Shown: positions 50,482 through 60,898, counted from the stretch's first letter. The stretch: 64,000 bases of DNA from Alphaproteobacteria bacterium (GCA_026710105.1 JAPORR010000028.1:13633-77632), one strand, 5' to 3'. Numbers and translations are program-made. Notes: generated by a model from the sequence alone, not told the origin.

Positions 50482-52560
50482 ATGGGCTGGCGGATCGGTG
50501 TGGATATCGGCGGCACCTTCACTGATGTTGCGGTGCTGGACGAGGAGAGTGGGCGTGCCGGCATCGCCAAGGTGCCGACCACGCCCCGTGATTTCGGCGC
50601 CGCTGTGGTCGATGGCATAGGGGCGGCGATGCGCGACCACGGCATCGGGCCTGAGTCGGTCTCCCTCGTCTCCCACGCCACCACCGTTGTCACCAATGCG
50701 CTGCTGGAGGAGAAGGGCGCCGATATCGCGCTCATCGCGACCGAGGGGTTCCGCGATGTGCTGGAGCTCCGGCGCTCGGCCCGCGCGGACCTCTACGACC
50801 TCTTCCAGAACGCGCCGGCTGTGTTAGTGCCGCGCCGCCGGCGCTTCGAGCTGCGGGAACGGATCGACGCCCAGGGCGAAGTCGTGACGCCTCTCGACGA
50901 AGCCGGGCTCGACGCGGTGGTCGCGCGTATTCACGAGCTCGGTGTGGAGGCGGTGGCCGTCTGCCTCATGTTTTCCTTCCTGAACGACGCGCATGAGCGC
51001 CGTGTGGGCGACCGGCTCCGCGCCGCCCTTCCCGGCCTGCCGGTCTTCCTCTCCAGTGAGGTGCTGCCCGAAATCCGCGAGTTCGAGCGCACCAGCACCA
51101 CCGCGGTCTGTGCCTATGTCGGGCCGGTTCTGGCTTCCTATCTGGACCGGCTGGAGGGGGCGCTTGCCGGGCTCGGCCTGCCCTCGCTCTACGTAATGGG
51201 TTCGAATGGCGGCGTATTCGATGTGCCCGAGGCGCTGAAGATGCCGGCGGCAGTGGTCGAATCAGGACCTGCTGCCGGGGTCATCGCCGCACAGCGCATG
51301 GGCCGGCAGCTCGGCCGGCCCAACCTCATCTCCTTCGACATGGGTGGCACCACGGCCAAGGCAAGCTTGATCGAGAACGGCCGCATCGAGACCACCTCCG
51401 ATTACGAGGTCGGCGGCGAAGGCAATGTCGGGCGCTGGCTTCACGGCACCGGCCATCCCATCAGGGTGCCGGTGATTGACCTCGCGGAAGTGAGCGCAGG
51501 TGGCGGCAGCATCGCCTGGCTCGATCCGGGCGGCGCGCTCCGGGTTGGACCGCAAAGCGCGGGCGCAGAACCTGGTCCCGCTTGCTACCGACAGGGCGGC
51601 GCGCGGCCCACCGTGACGGACGCCAATGTCGTGCTGGGCTATCTCAGCCGCAAGCACTTGCTGGGTGGGCGGCTGCCCATCGACGCGGCGGCCTCGGAGA
51701 TGGCGATCCGCAAGCATATCGCGGATCCGCTCGGCCAGGATGTGGCGCAAGCTGCTGCCGGCATCCTGCGGGTCGTCAACAACAGCATGGCGGAGGCGCT
51801 GCGCATCGTCTCGGTGGAGCGCGGGCACGACGCACGCGAATTCTCGCTCGCCGCCTTTGGGGGCGCTGGCCCCGTCCATGCCGCAGCGCTGGCGGAGGAG
51901 CTCGGCATTGCGGAGGTGATCGTACCGCCGATCCCGGGCGGGTTTTCTGCCCTCGGCCTGGTCGCGACGGATCTTCGCCGCGACTATGCTCGCACCTTCT
52001 ACGCGCGGATCGACGAGGCCGATCCGCGCGTGCTCGACCAGCGCCTTGGGGAGCTGGAAGCAGCAGCACGTGCCATGCTGCGGAATGCCGGCCTGCCGGA
52101 GGCCGACTGTGCCATCGAACGGTCCGCCGACTGCCGCTATGCCAGACAGGCCTATGAGCTGACCGCGCCACTCGGCCTCGGCCCCGTGACCCACGCCCTT
52201 CTGGAGGCACTCGCCGACGCGTTCCATGAGCGGCATCTGCGCACTTACGGCCACAAGAACCCCGATGAGCCGGTGCAGATGGTGAATATCCGCGTGACCG
52301 CGACGGGCCGGTTGCCGGGCGTGGCGTTCCATGCGGATGCCGAGGCGCCGCCCGCCGCCGGGGAACCACAACGCGAGGTGTGGTGGTTCGGTGAGCCGGT
52401 GCGCTGCCCCGTTATCGCCCGGGGCGCTTTGCCCGCGGGCGCTGAGGGCCACCCGGGCCCGATCATCGTGGAGGAGATGGACTGCACAACCGTCGTGCCG
52501 CCCGGCTGGCGGGCTCGGCGCGACGAGCACGGATTCATCCTGGTGACGAGGAGTGCGTGA
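50482..52560 (+). CDS. hyuA: hydantoinase/oxoprolinase family protein, A subunit (HyuA-like)
   Basis: RIGVDIGGTFTDVAVLD N-terminus and a second sugar-kinase-like ISFDMGGTTAKASLI motif. The ATG at 50482 has a GGGAGGGGG SD. Confidence 0.85.
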   Translation: MGWRIGVDIGGTFTDVAVLDEESGRAGIAKVPTTPRDFGAAVVDGIGAAMRDHGIGPESVSLVSHATTVVTNALLEEKGADIALIATEGFRDVLELRRSARADLYDLFQNAPAVLVPRRRRFELRERIDAQGEVVTPLDEAGLDAVVARIHELGVEAVAVCLMFSFLNDAHERRVGDRLRAALPGLPVFLSSEVLPEIREFERTSTTAVCAYVGPVLASYLDRLEGALAGLGLPSLYVMGSNGGVFDVPEALKMPAAVVESGPAAGVIAAQRMGRQLGRPNLISFDMGGTTAKASLIENGRIETTSDYEVGGEGNVGRWLHGTGHPIRVPVIDLAEVSAGGGSIAWLDPGGALRVGPQSAGAEPGPACYRQGGARPTVTDANVVLGYLSRKHLLGGRLPIDAAASEMAIRKHIADPLGQDVAQAAAGILRVVNNSMAEALRIVSVERGHDAREFSLAAFGGAGPVHAAALAEELGIAEVIVPPIPGGFSALGLVATDLRRDYARTFYARIDEADPRVLDQRLGELEAAARAMLRNAGLPEADCAIERSADCRYARQAYELTAPLGLGPVTHALLEALADAFHERHLRTYGHKNPDEPVQMVNIRVTATGRLPGVAFHADAEAPPAAGEPQREVWWFGEPVRCPVIARGALPAGAEGHPGPIIVEEMDCTTVVPPGWRARRDEHGFILVTRSA

Positions 52561-52561
52561 T

Positions 52562-54352
52562 ATGGCTGCTGCCACGAAGACCGATGCCGCCACCTTCGAG
52601 GTCGTCAAGAACAGCCTGTATGCGGTCGCCGCGGAAATGAAGGTGGTACTCGCCAAGACGGCCTATTCCCCCATCCTGAAGGCGGCGGGGGACTATTCTT
52701 GCGGCGTGTTCGACGACCGGGGCGAGATGGTGGCTCAGGGCCCAGATCTGCCGATCCATCTGGGTTCCATGCCGGATGCCGTGCGTGCGGTGGTGCGCGC
52801 CTGGGAGGAGATCGAGCCGGGCGATGTGTTCGTCCACAACGACCCCTATTTCGGTGGCTCGCATCTGCCGGACGTGAATGTTGTCTCGCCCGCTTTCGTG
52901 GACGGCGCGCTGCTCGGCTTCTGCTGCGTGCGCGCCCACTGGCCGGATATCGGCAGCGCCACTCCTGGTAGCTATGGCGCGGTGACGGACATCTATGGCG
53001 AGGGACTGCGCCTGCCGCCGGTGCGCATTCACCGAGGCGGGGTCGTCAACCGCGATGTGGAGGACATGATCTTCGCCAATGTCCGCACCCCGGACGAGCG
53101 CCGGGGCGACCTGCGCGCCCAGATTGCGGCCAACCGCCGAGCCTCCGAGCGCCTGGCCGCGCTTGCCGGCAAATATGGTGCCGGCACCCTCAGGCGCATC
53201 ATGCAGGAGGTGATGGACTACTCCGAGGCGATGATGCGTACGCTGCTGCGCGACATCCCGGATGGGGAAGGTGCGTTCGAGGATTTTTGCGACGGGGATG
53301 GCATCGCCGGCTCGCATCAGGACGAAACCTTCGACATCAGGCTGCGCATCATCAAGCAGGGCGATGGGGTGAGAGTGGATTTCGAGGGTTCTGACCCGCA
53401 GGTCGCCGGGCCGATGAACGCGCCGCTCTCGGTCACCGCCTCGGGCGTGTTCGCGGCGCTGAAGATGGTGATAGACTCGGCGGGCGTCGTGCCGCCCAAT
53501 TCCGGCGCCTGGCGCCCCGTCAAGGTGCTTGCGCCCGAAGGCTCGGTGGTGAACGCGCAATATCCGGCCCCGGTCGTCTATGCCAATCACGAGATGTCGC
53601 ACCGGATCTGCGACATGGTGTTCGGCGCGCTGGCGGTGCTCGTTCCGGACCGGGTGATGGCCTGCTCCCAGGGCACCTCGGCTGTGCTGACGCTTGGCGG
53701 TACCGACTACCGCACAGGAGAGCGCTATGTCAGCTACGAGACGATCAAGGGCGGTTTCGGCGCTCGCCCAGACCGCGACGGCATCAGCGCGGTGGCGAGC
53801 GGCATTTCCAATACGATGAACACGCCGGTGGAGCTCATCGAAATGAGCTTTCCGGTGCGGGTCGAGTCCTACGAGCTGCGGCCTGATTCCGGCGGCGCGG
53901 GCCGTTGGCGGGGCGGGCTCGGCACGCGCCGGACCTGGCGGATCCTGGAGCGCGACGCGCACGCCGCCGTGTGTTGCGAGCGCACCAAGTCCCCGCCCTT
54001 CGGCATAGAAGGCGGGGCGGCGGGCGCACCTGCCCGCATCTCGGTCGTCGATCCAGACGGGACGGAGCGCCTGCTGAACAGCAAGGGCTCCTTCGAGGCG
54101 CCGGCTGGCGCGCTGGTGGTGTTCGACGTGCCGGGCTCGGGCGGCTACGGCCCGCCGGCGGAACGCGACCCGGCCCGGCTCCGGGAAGATCTGGCGGACG
54201 GCTATGTCACGCCCGAAGGCGCTCGCCGCGATTACGACGCGGCCGCCCTTGATGCCCTCTCCGGCACCCGCCCTGGCGCCCGGCTCTCTGTCAGAGCGCC
54301 AGAGCTTTCTGCAGCGCCGGCCGTTCCTTCAGCCGATCCACATAGGCCTTAA
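52562..54352 (+). CDS. hyuB: hydantoinase B / oxoprolinase family protein (HyuB-like)
   Basis: DPATFEVVKNSLYAVAAEM, AKTAYSPILKAAGDYSCGVFD and NDPYFGGSHLPD HyuB motifs; begins 2 nt after the hyuA stop. Confidence 0.85.
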   Translation: MAAATKTDAATFEVVKNSLYAVAAEMKVVLAKTAYSPILKAAGDYSCGVFDDRGEMVAQGPDLPIHLGSMPDAVRAVVRAWEEIEPGDVFVHNDPYFGGSHLPDVNVVSPAFVDGALLGFCCVRAHWPDIGSATPGSYGAVTDIYGEGLRLPPVRIHRGGVVNRDVEDMIFANVRTPDERRGDLRAQIAANRRASERLAALAGKYGAGTLRRIMQEVMDYSEAMMRTLLRDIPDGEGAFEDFCDGDGIAGSHQDETFDIRLRIIKQGDGVRVDFEGSDPQVAGPMNAPLSVTASGVFAALKMVIDSAGVVPPNSGAWRPVKVLAPEGSVVNAQYPAPVVYANHEMSHRICDMVFGALAVLVPDRVMACSQGTSAVLTLGGTDYRTGERYVSYETIKGGFGARPDRDGISAVASGISNTMNTPVELIEMSFPVRVESYELRPDSGGAGRWRGGLGTRRTWRILERDAHAAVCCERTKSPPFGIEGGAAGAPARISVVDPDGTERLLNSKGSFEAPAGALVVFDVPGSGGYGPPAERDPARLREDLADGYVTPEGARRDYDAAALDALSGTRPGARLSVRAPELSAAPAVPSADPHRP

Positions 54353-54899
54353 GGTGCGGCATGTCCGAGTAATCGACGCCGAAACGTTCGCACATCAGGC
54401 AGGCATGGCCGGTGATCGTGTCGGCGGCCGTGAACGCGCCCGCGAGATAGGCGCGGCCTTCCATATGGGTGTCGACCGCTTGGACTGTGCGCGTCATCAG
54501 CCTAAGAGCGCGCGTGGCGTGCTCTTCCGACCGGCGCTCCGGCTTGAGAAGGATGGTCTCGACCACATAATTGTTCATGGGCCCCATGATCATGCCTTCG
54601 CCGTAATGCAGCCACTGCAAGTAGTCCGGGAAGACGGGTGACGAGGCGGCGGGCACTAGCCGTCCACCGCCGTGGCGCGCGACCAGATATTCGGCGATGG
54701 CCGCGCTTTCGAAAATTCGCACCTCGCCGTCCTCAAGAACCGGCACGCGGCCGTTCGGACTGATCGCCAGGAACTCGGGCGCGCGCATGGCGGGGTCGCC
54801 GAGCTTGTCGAACCGCGCCAGCTCGAAGTCGAGCCCCAACTCGAACATCAGCCAGGCCGAACGGACGGCACGGGTATTGGGCGCAAAATAGAGCTTCAT
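54291..54899 (-). CDS. glutathione S-transferase
   Basis: MKLYFAPNTRAVRSAWLMFELGLDFE thioredoxin-fold N-terminus, SPNGRVPVLEDG, GST C-domain. Confidence 0.8.
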   Translation of the reverse strand: MKLYFAPNTRAVRSAWLMFELGLDFELARFDKLGDPAMRAPEFLAISPNGRVPVLEDGEVRIFESAAIAEYLVARHGGGRLVPAASSPVFPDYLQWLHYGEGMIMGPMNNYVVETILLKPERRSEEHATRALRLMTRTVQAVDTHMEGRAYLAGAFTAADTITGHACLMCERFGVDYSDMPHLKAYVDRLKERPALQKALAL

Positions 54900-54936
54900 T
54901 TTGGCTCCCGTTATTCCCTGTTGTGCTGTCTGCGGT

Positions 54937-56175
54937 CTATGCCGTGGTTCGGGCGGCACGGGGCGGCCAGTCTACCTGGCGGCGCATCTCCAGCCGCGCG
55001 ATCTGCTGGCGGTGAACCTCGTCCGGCCCGTCGGCGAAGCGCAGTGCGCGCATTCTCGACCACATGAATGACAGCTTGAAGGCCTGGCTCATTGCTCCGC
55101 CGCCATGAGCCTGCATAGCGTCATCAATCACCTGCAGCGCCATGTTCGGTGCCGCTACCTTTATCATGGCGATTTCCTGCCGTGCCGCCTTGTTGCCGAC
55201 CGTGTCCATCATATGGGCGGCCTTGAGCGTCAGCAGGCGGCACATCTCGATATTGATGCGCGCATCGGCCACCCGCTCGCGGAAATTGTCCCGATCGCCG
55301 ACAGCCGTGCCCCAAGTCACCCGCTCGGTACCGCGCCGGCACATCATCTCCAACGCGCGCTCGGCCACGCCGATGATACGCATGCAATGGTGGATGCGGC
55401 CGGGGCCGAGGCGACCCTGCGCGATCTCGAAGCCGCGGCCTTCGCCGAGCAGCATGTTCGAGGCCGGCACGCGCACATCCCTGAAGTCCACCTCGCCATG
55501 ACCGTGCGGCGCATCGTCGAACCCCATCACATTCAGCATCCGCACGACGTCTATGCCGGGCGCATCGGTTGGCACCAGGATCATCGATTGCTGGTTGTAG
55601 CGCGGGCCGTCTGGGGCGGTCTTGCCCATGAAGATCAGGACCTTGCAACGTGGGTCGCCAATGCCCGAAGTCCACCATTTACGCCCGTTGATGACATAGT
55701 CGTTGCCGTCGCGCTCGATCCGGCTCTCGATATTGGTGGCATCGGAGGAGGCGACGCGTGGCTCTGTCATGGCAAAGGCAGAGCGGATCTCGCCTGCCAA
55801 CAGCGGCTCCAGCCATTGTTTCTTCTGCTCCGGCGTGCCATAGCGTTCCAGTACCTCCATATTTCCGGTGTCCGGTGCCGAGCAATTGAACACTTCTGGG
55901 GCCCAGTTGATCCGGCCCATGACTTCGCAGACCGGGGCGTATTCGAGGTTGGTCAGGCCGCCGCCGAGCTCGCTTTCGGGCAGGAACAGGTTCCAGAGGC
56001 CCTCCCCGCGCGCCTTTTCCTTCAGCTCCTCCAGGACAGGGATGACCTTCCAGCGGTTGCCGCCTTCCTCGAGCTGCTCGTAATAGACATCCTCATTGGG
56101 ATAAACGTAGCGGTCCATGAAGTCCTGGACGCGGCCGACCAGTTCCTTGGTCCGATCGTTGAAATCAAAGTCCAT
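54937..56175 (-). CDS. acyl-CoA dehydrogenase family protein
   Basis: [21 protein letters not shown] signature and a C-terminal ACAD helical domain; start [12 protein letters not shown] at 56175. Confidence 0.85.
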   Translation of the reverse strand: MDFDFNDRTKELVGRVQDFMDRYVYPNEDVYYEQLEEGGNRWKVIPVLEELKEKARGEGLWNLFLPESELGGGLTNLEYAPVCEVMGRINWAPEVFNCSAPDTGNMEVLERYGTPEQKKQWLEPLLAGEIRSAFAMTEPRVASSDATNIESRIERDGNDYVINGRKWWTSGIGDPRCKVLIFMGKTAPDGPRYNQQSMILVPTDAPGIDVVRMLNVMGFDDAPHGHGEVDFRDVRVPASNMLLGEGRGFEIAQGRLGPGRIHHCMRIIGVAERALEMMCRRGTERVTWGTAVGDRDNFRERVADARINIEMCRLLTLKAAHMMDTVGNKAARQEIAMIKVAAPNMALQVIDDAMQAHGGGAMSQAFKLSFMWSRMRALRFADGPDEVHRQQIARLEMRRQVDWPPRAARTTA

Positions 56176-56251
56176 ACGGGCGGTTCCCTCTCCGGCGAGC
56201 GCAATCGGTCGGGGCGACACTAGCGCAAGACGGCTCTAGCCGGAAGCCGGT

Positions 56252-57262
56252 TCAAACCCTGCCGGCAAGACCCTGCAGGGTGGTGTAGAGCGCGTCCTCG
56301 ACCGTTATGCCCTCTTCGGCTGTCCGGGCGCGGGCAGCGAGGCGCCGGTCACCCGGCAGCCGGGCCTCGCCATTGGCAAGCAGTCGCTCGAACAGCGCCT
56401 CGACATGGGCGAAGAATTCCGGTCCCGCCAGTCGCCCGGGGTCGATGGCGATGAAGGACTGGGCCCCGTTGGAGGGGCCGCCGTCGCGCTTGTGGTCGGC
56501 GGCGCTCTCATAGCCGAAGAACCCGCCGGAGAGACCCCCGGTCATCAGTTCCACCATGAGCGCGATCGAAGAGCCCTTGTAGCCCCCGAAGGGCAGTTGC
56601 ACGCCTGCCAGTATGGCTGCCGGGTCCGTCGTCGGCTGTCCGTCCGAGCCGAGGCCGGTGCCGGCGGGCACCGTATGGCCGTCCCGCGCCGCAATCTGGA
56701 TCTCACCCCGCGCCATCGCCGCCGACGCCTGGTCGAAGACCATCGGCGCCCTACCACCACCGCGCGGACAGGCAAAGGCCATCGGATTGGTGCCGAACAG
56801 CGCTTCCGTGCCGCCGGCGGGCGCCATGAAGCTCTGCGAGTTGACGAAGGTGAACGCGACCAGACCCGCCTCCGCCAAAGGCTCGATGTCAGGCCAGAGT
56901 GCGGCGAAATTGAATGAGTTTCGGATCGTCATGCAGGCGATGCCCTGCTCGTGCGCCTTGTCGGCCAGCGCGCCACGGCCGCGCGCAATGGCAAGCGGCG
57001 CAAAGCCCCGGCGCGCATCCACGGCGACCAACCCCGGCGCGGCATCGACGATCTCCGGTTCGGCCTGCGGGTCGGCGGCCCCGCTGTTCACCGATGCAAC
57101 ATAACCCGGTAGCCGGAACAGCCCGTGGCTCTTGCAGCCATCGGCCTCGGCGCGGGTGATATGGTCGGCGACCGCCTCCGCATTGGCGTGCGAGACACCG
57201 GCGTGGGACAGGGCGTCAAACGCGAGAGCGCGGCATTCCTTGAGCGAGATCGCAGCGGGCAT
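56252..57262 (-). CDS. Ldh_2 family (malate/L-lactate/Pyr2C-reductase type) dehydrogenase
   Basis: GCKSHGLFRLPGYV and GFAPLAIARG blocks typical of the Ldh_2 (MDH2/AllD/DpkA) family. Confidence 0.75.
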   Translation of the reverse strand: MPAAISLKECRALAFDALSHAGVSHANAEAVADHITRAEADGCKSHGLFRLPGYVASVNSGAADPQAEPEIVDAAPGLVAVDARRGFAPLAIARGRGALADKAHEQGIACMTIRNSFNFAALWPDIEPLAEAGLVAFTFVNSQSFMAPAGGTEALFGTNPMAFACPRGGGRAPMVFDQASAAMARGEIQIAARDGHTVPAGTGLGSDGQPTTDPAAILAGVQLPFGGYKGSSIALMVELMTGGLSGGFFGYESAADHKRDGGPSNGAQSFIAIDPGRLAGPEFFAHVEALFERLLANGEARLPGDRRLAARARTAEEGITVEDALYTTLQGLAGRV

Positions 57263-57329
57263 GGCCGGTCTCCTCCGAGGTAGTTGTGGAGCCTAGTCTG
57301 CAGCATAGACCCAGCCCCGGGCGATGAGG

Positions 57330-57713
57330 AAGCTAGCTGTGGGGGCACATCCTGTTTTGCTCGGGACTCAGAAGCTCCGGGCAGGGGGCAGGTTCCTGTC
57401 CCATGCCGGCATCGCTATTCAGGCCATGTAGGAGTGGAACGAAAGCAAATCGATAGCAGTCGATCCGCTCTTCGATCGCTGCATTGTAGAGCTGGCGCTC
57501 TGCTTCAAGCAGCCCTTCCAGGTGCAGCCAGTTGGCGCGGCGGCAGCAGACGGTAGACAAGCTGGCGGTGGGTCTCTATCAGGGCCATGAAGGGTGTCCC
57601 AGAGCCTGAGCGTTTGGGTAAGGCTGCTTACAGGCCCTTGCCACGCAAGTTGGGGCAAAACGGGAACGAAGGCAAGGCCGAAACCGGATGCCAGTCACGG
57701 ATATAAGTCCCTA
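57330..57713 (-). mobile_element. right arm of the inverted repeat with a second frameshifted tnpB-like 5' fragment, oriented inward
   Basis: Reverse complement of the left arm. It encodes MALIETHRQLVYRLLPPRQLAA / LEGLLEAERQLYNAAIEERIDCYRF; both arms share the same in-frame TGA and frameshift position and differ by a 3-nt indel. The arm ends exactly at the fbiC ATG. Confidence 0.5.
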
Positions 57714-60134
57714 ATGGATCCTCTGCACTATATTGATCGTCGCCCGGAGCCCGACGAGGCGCTAGCGCTAGCCGATTACGATGCGCTTGAGGCCCTAATG
57801 GGCGCGGCGGCCCGGCTGCGCGACTGGTTGCACGGGCCGCGCGTCAGCTATTCGCGTAAGGTGTTTATTCCGCTGACGCATCTCTGCCGAGATGTCTGTC
57901 ATTACTGCACCTTCGCGAAGCCGCCGCGCCGGGGCGAACCGGCCTATATGACGCCAGAGCGGGTGCTCGAAGTGGCGCGGGCAGGGGCGGCGGCCGGCTG
58001 CAAGGAGGCGCTGTTCACACTCGGCGACAAGCCGGAGCGGCGCTACCGCGCGGCGCGCGCGGTCTTGGCTGGGTTCGGTTACAGGACGACGCTCGATTAC
58101 CTCAAGGCGATGGCGCAGCTTGTCTTCGATGAGACCGGCCTGCTGCCGCATCTCAATCCTGGCCTGGCGACGGTGGAGGAGCTAGCCGGCCTGCGCCGCG
58201 TCTCGGCCTCGATGGGCATCATGCTGGAAAGCGCCTCGGACCGGCTGTGCGCAAAGGGCATGCCGCATTACGGCTCGCCGGACAAGCAGCCGGCGCGTCG
58301 GCTTGAGACCATCCGGCTTGCGGCCGCAGCGAAGGTGCCGTTCACCTCCGGCATCCTGATCGGCATCGGCGAGACGCGGCGCGAGCGCATCGAAGCTCTG
58401 CTGGCGCTGCGCGAGATCGACGATGCCACGGGCGCGGTGCAGGAGATCATCGTCCAAAATTTCCGTGCCAAGCCCGGCACCAAAATGGCCGCCGCGCCGG
58501 AGCCGGAGCTGGAGGAACTGCTCTGGACCATTGCCGTGGCCCGCCTGGTTTTCGGCCCGGCCGCCTCGATTCAGGCGCCGCCCAACCTCTCACCGGGCGC
58601 GCTTGGACCCATCCTGGCCGCTGGCATCAACGATTGGGGTGGTGTCTCGCCGGTGACACCGGATTTCGTCAACCCCGAAGCCCCCTGGCCACATCTGGAG
58701 ACGTTAGCGCACGAGACGGCCGCGGCAGGCAAGCAACTGGTCGAGCGGCTGACAGCCTATCCGCGCTATCTGGACGAGGAGTGGTTGGCGCCGGCCATGC
58801 TGACGCGGGCCCTGCAGCTCTGTGATGCGGACGGCCTGGCGCGGCCGGACGACTGGTCGCCGGGTGCACTAACACCACCGGCACCGATTCCGCGGCGCGG
58901 CGGGACGGGCGCCGATGTCTCGGCGCTGCTCACGGAAGCCGAAGCGGGTGCCGCCCTCGGCGAAGCTGACATCATACGATTGTTCCAGGCCCGCGACGAG
59001 GAGTTCCACGCCGTTGCCGAAGCCGCCGACAGGATGCGGGCGCGGCTCGTAGGCGACGAAGTCACCTATGTGGTGAACCGCAATATCAACTACACCAATG
59101 TCTGCTATTTCAAATGCCAGTTCTGTGCCTTCTCGAAGGGTCGGCTTTCCGAGAACCTGCGCGGCCGCCCCTATGACCTCCACCTCGGCGAAATCCGTCG
59201 CCGCGTTGCCGAGGCTTGGGAACGCGGCGCGACCGAGGTCTGCATGCAGGGGGGTATTCACCCCGATTATACGGGCCGCACCTATCTCGATATCCTGGAC
59301 GCGGTGAAGGCGGCGGCGCCCGATATCCATGTCCATGCCTTCACACCGCTTGAGGTGTTCCAGGGGGCGCATACGCTGGGCGTCTCCGTCGAAGCCTTCC
59401 TGCGGGACCTGAAAGCCGCCGGCCTCGGCACGCTGCCCGGCACGGCGGCGGAGGTGCTGGACGACGAGGTGCGCCGTATCATCTGCCCGGACAAGATCGA
59501 TACGCAGCAATGGCTGGATGTCATGGAAACGGCGCACGGGCTCGGTATCCGGTCTACGGCGACGATCATGTACGGCCATGTCGAGCGCCCGGTCCACTGG
59601 GCACGCCATCTCCTCCGGCTGCGCGCCTTGCAGCAGCGCACTGGCGGGTTTACCGAGTTCGTGCCGTTACCCTTTGTCCACATGGAAGCCCCGATCTATC
59701 TCAAGGGGCGCGCACGCCGGGGGCCGACCTTCCGCGAGGCGGTGTTGATGCACGCTGTCGCGCGCCTTGTGCTGGCGCCGCACTTCGTCAATATCCAGAC
59801 TTCCTGGGTCAAGATGGGGCCGGAGGGCGTTGCGGCGGCCCTGGGAGCCGGCGCCAACGATCTCGGTGGCACACTGATGAACGAAAGCATCACCCGGGCC
59901 GCTGGCACGGTCCACGGCCAGGAGATGGAGCCGCATCGCATGGAGGAGACAATCCACGCCGCGGGCCGCCAGCCGGCCCAGCGCATGACAGATTACAGCC
60001 GCCCACCCGAGCGGCAGGTGCTGCGGTCCCGACAGGCCGCGCCGCTCGCCGAAATCGTGGAAACACCCACCCGCAAATACGAACACGCCGCCCCCAGATC
60101 TCTCTACCGCCCAGGCTTGTCCGCCGCCGGGTGA
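57714..60134 (+). CDS. fbiC: bifunctional FO synthase (7,8-didemethyl-8-hydroxy-5-deazariboflavin synthase, CofG+CofH fused)
   Basis: Two radical-SAM halves with cysteine boxes CRDVCHYCTF and CYFKCQFCAF; 806 aa; start MDPLHYIDRR at 57714. Confidence 0.85.
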   Translation: MDPLHYIDRRPEPDEALALADYDALEALMGAAARLRDWLHGPRVSYSRKVFIPLTHLCRDVCHYCTFAKPPRRGEPAYMTPERVLEVARAGAAAGCKEALFTLGDKPERRYRAARAVLAGFGYRTTLDYLKAMAQLVFDETGLLPHLNPGLATVEELAGLRRVSASMGIMLESASDRLCAKGMPHYGSPDKQPARRLETIRLAAAAKVPFTSGILIGIGETRRERIEALLALREIDDATGAVQEIIVQNFRAKPGTKMAAAPEPELEELLWTIAVARLVFGPAASIQAPPNLSPGALGPILAAGINDWGGVSPVTPDFVNPEAPWPHLETLAHETAAAGKQLVERLTAYPRYLDEEWLAPAMLTRALQLCDADGLARPDDWSPGALTPPAPIPRRGGTGADVSALLTEAEAGAALGEADIIRLFQARDEEFHAVAEAADRMRARLVGDEVTYVVNRNINYTNVCYFKCQFCAFSKGRLSENLRGRPYDLHLGEIRRRVAEAWERGATEVCMQGGIHPDYTGRTYLDILDAVKAAAPDIHVHAFTPLEVFQGAHTLGVSVEAFLRDLKAAGLGTLPGTAAEVLDDEVRRIICPDKIDTQQWLDVMETAHGLGIRSTATIMYGHVERPVHWARHLLRLRALQQRTGGFTEFVPLPFVHMEAPIYLKGRARRGPTFREAVLMHAVARLVLAPHFVNIQTSWVKMGPEGVAAALGAGANDLGGTLMNESITRAAGTVHGQEMEPHRMEETIHAAGRQPAQRMTDYSRPPERQVLRSRQAAPLAEIVETPTRKYEHAAPRSLYRPGLSAAG

Positions 60135-60269
60135 CCCCGAAGCGCGCCACGCCCGTCCCGCGGGCATTGATGATAAACCTGCTTAGACTCGAGAGCCCTC
60201 ACCCCCGCGCGGCGCGTGCCCTGTCCCTAATTTGGGGGTGTCATCGTCCTCTCCCGCAGGAAGGTGGCG

Positions 60270-60606
60270 AGGCAGGTCCATCGAATCGTGCAACAGGCGC
60301 AGAATATCAATTGTCGGTGGGATATCCGACGATCCAGCCCGGTCAATACCAGATGCCGCCCCGTCGTCCCTTGCGCGCGACCTGAAGAACCATCAGGCCT
60401 TCGGCAATGTCATTTCGTTCCCTCACGCCGGCAACATGGGGACCGGTTGCAAGCGCGTCGATGGTCTCGGTCAGTATCTCAGCGTAGACGCGCGCCTGGA
60501 CCTCTCCGAACCGCTCCGCCGTCCACCGGACGATGTTCCGGAAATCGGGGCTTCGGCCGCAGATGTCAAACGGATCCGCCATTGGCGGCCGGTCATCGAT
60601 CGCCAT
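60270..60606 (-). pseudogene. parE: ParE/RelE-family toxin gene, apparently frameshifted
   Basis: The ATG at 60606 overlaps the parD 3' end by 14 nt including its stop. Frame 0 gives ..FRNIVRWTAERFGEVQARVYAEILTETIDALATGPHVAGVRERNDIAEGL.. (ParE helical half) and stops at 60343. The ParE-like C-terminus ..IDILRLLHDSMDL continues in the +1 frame. Confidence 0.5.
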
Positions 60607-60898
60607 CTGCACGCGATCTTGGATCACCAAGAGCTTCATCGGCCAGAGCCGACAGGCGGTCATGCAACAATTCCGTAGTGTCGAAGGCCTGGAAACGGCC
60701 CGCCGCGATATCTGTGATCCCCGTATCGACTGCCTCGCGCATACCCTTCAGGCGAAGATCGTCCAGGGTCTCCCGCCGCTCGACCAGTCTGAGGCCTTCG
60801 CGGATAACTTCGCTGGCATTCTGGTAGCGGCCGGAATCGACCAGCCTGGTAACGAAATCCGCCTGACGGTCCGTCAAGACGACATTGCGCGTCGGCAT
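60593..60898 (-). CDS. parD: ParD-family (COG3609, RHH) antitoxin
   Basis: VVLTDRQADFVTRLVDSGRYQNASEVIREGLRLVERRE matches ParD antitoxins. The start is 60898 or 60928. Confidence 0.7.
   Translation of the reverse strand: MPTRNVVLTDRQADFVTRLVDSGRYQNASEVIREGLRLVERRETLDDLRLKGMREAVDTGITDIAAGRFQAFDTTELLHDRLSALADEALGDPRSRADGDR

Noticed and set aside
51262-53962. 464-aa and 475-aa minus-strand ORFs antisense to hyuA and hyuB
   Set aside because: Both are antisense to strongly supported hydantoinase genes and have no recognisable domains.
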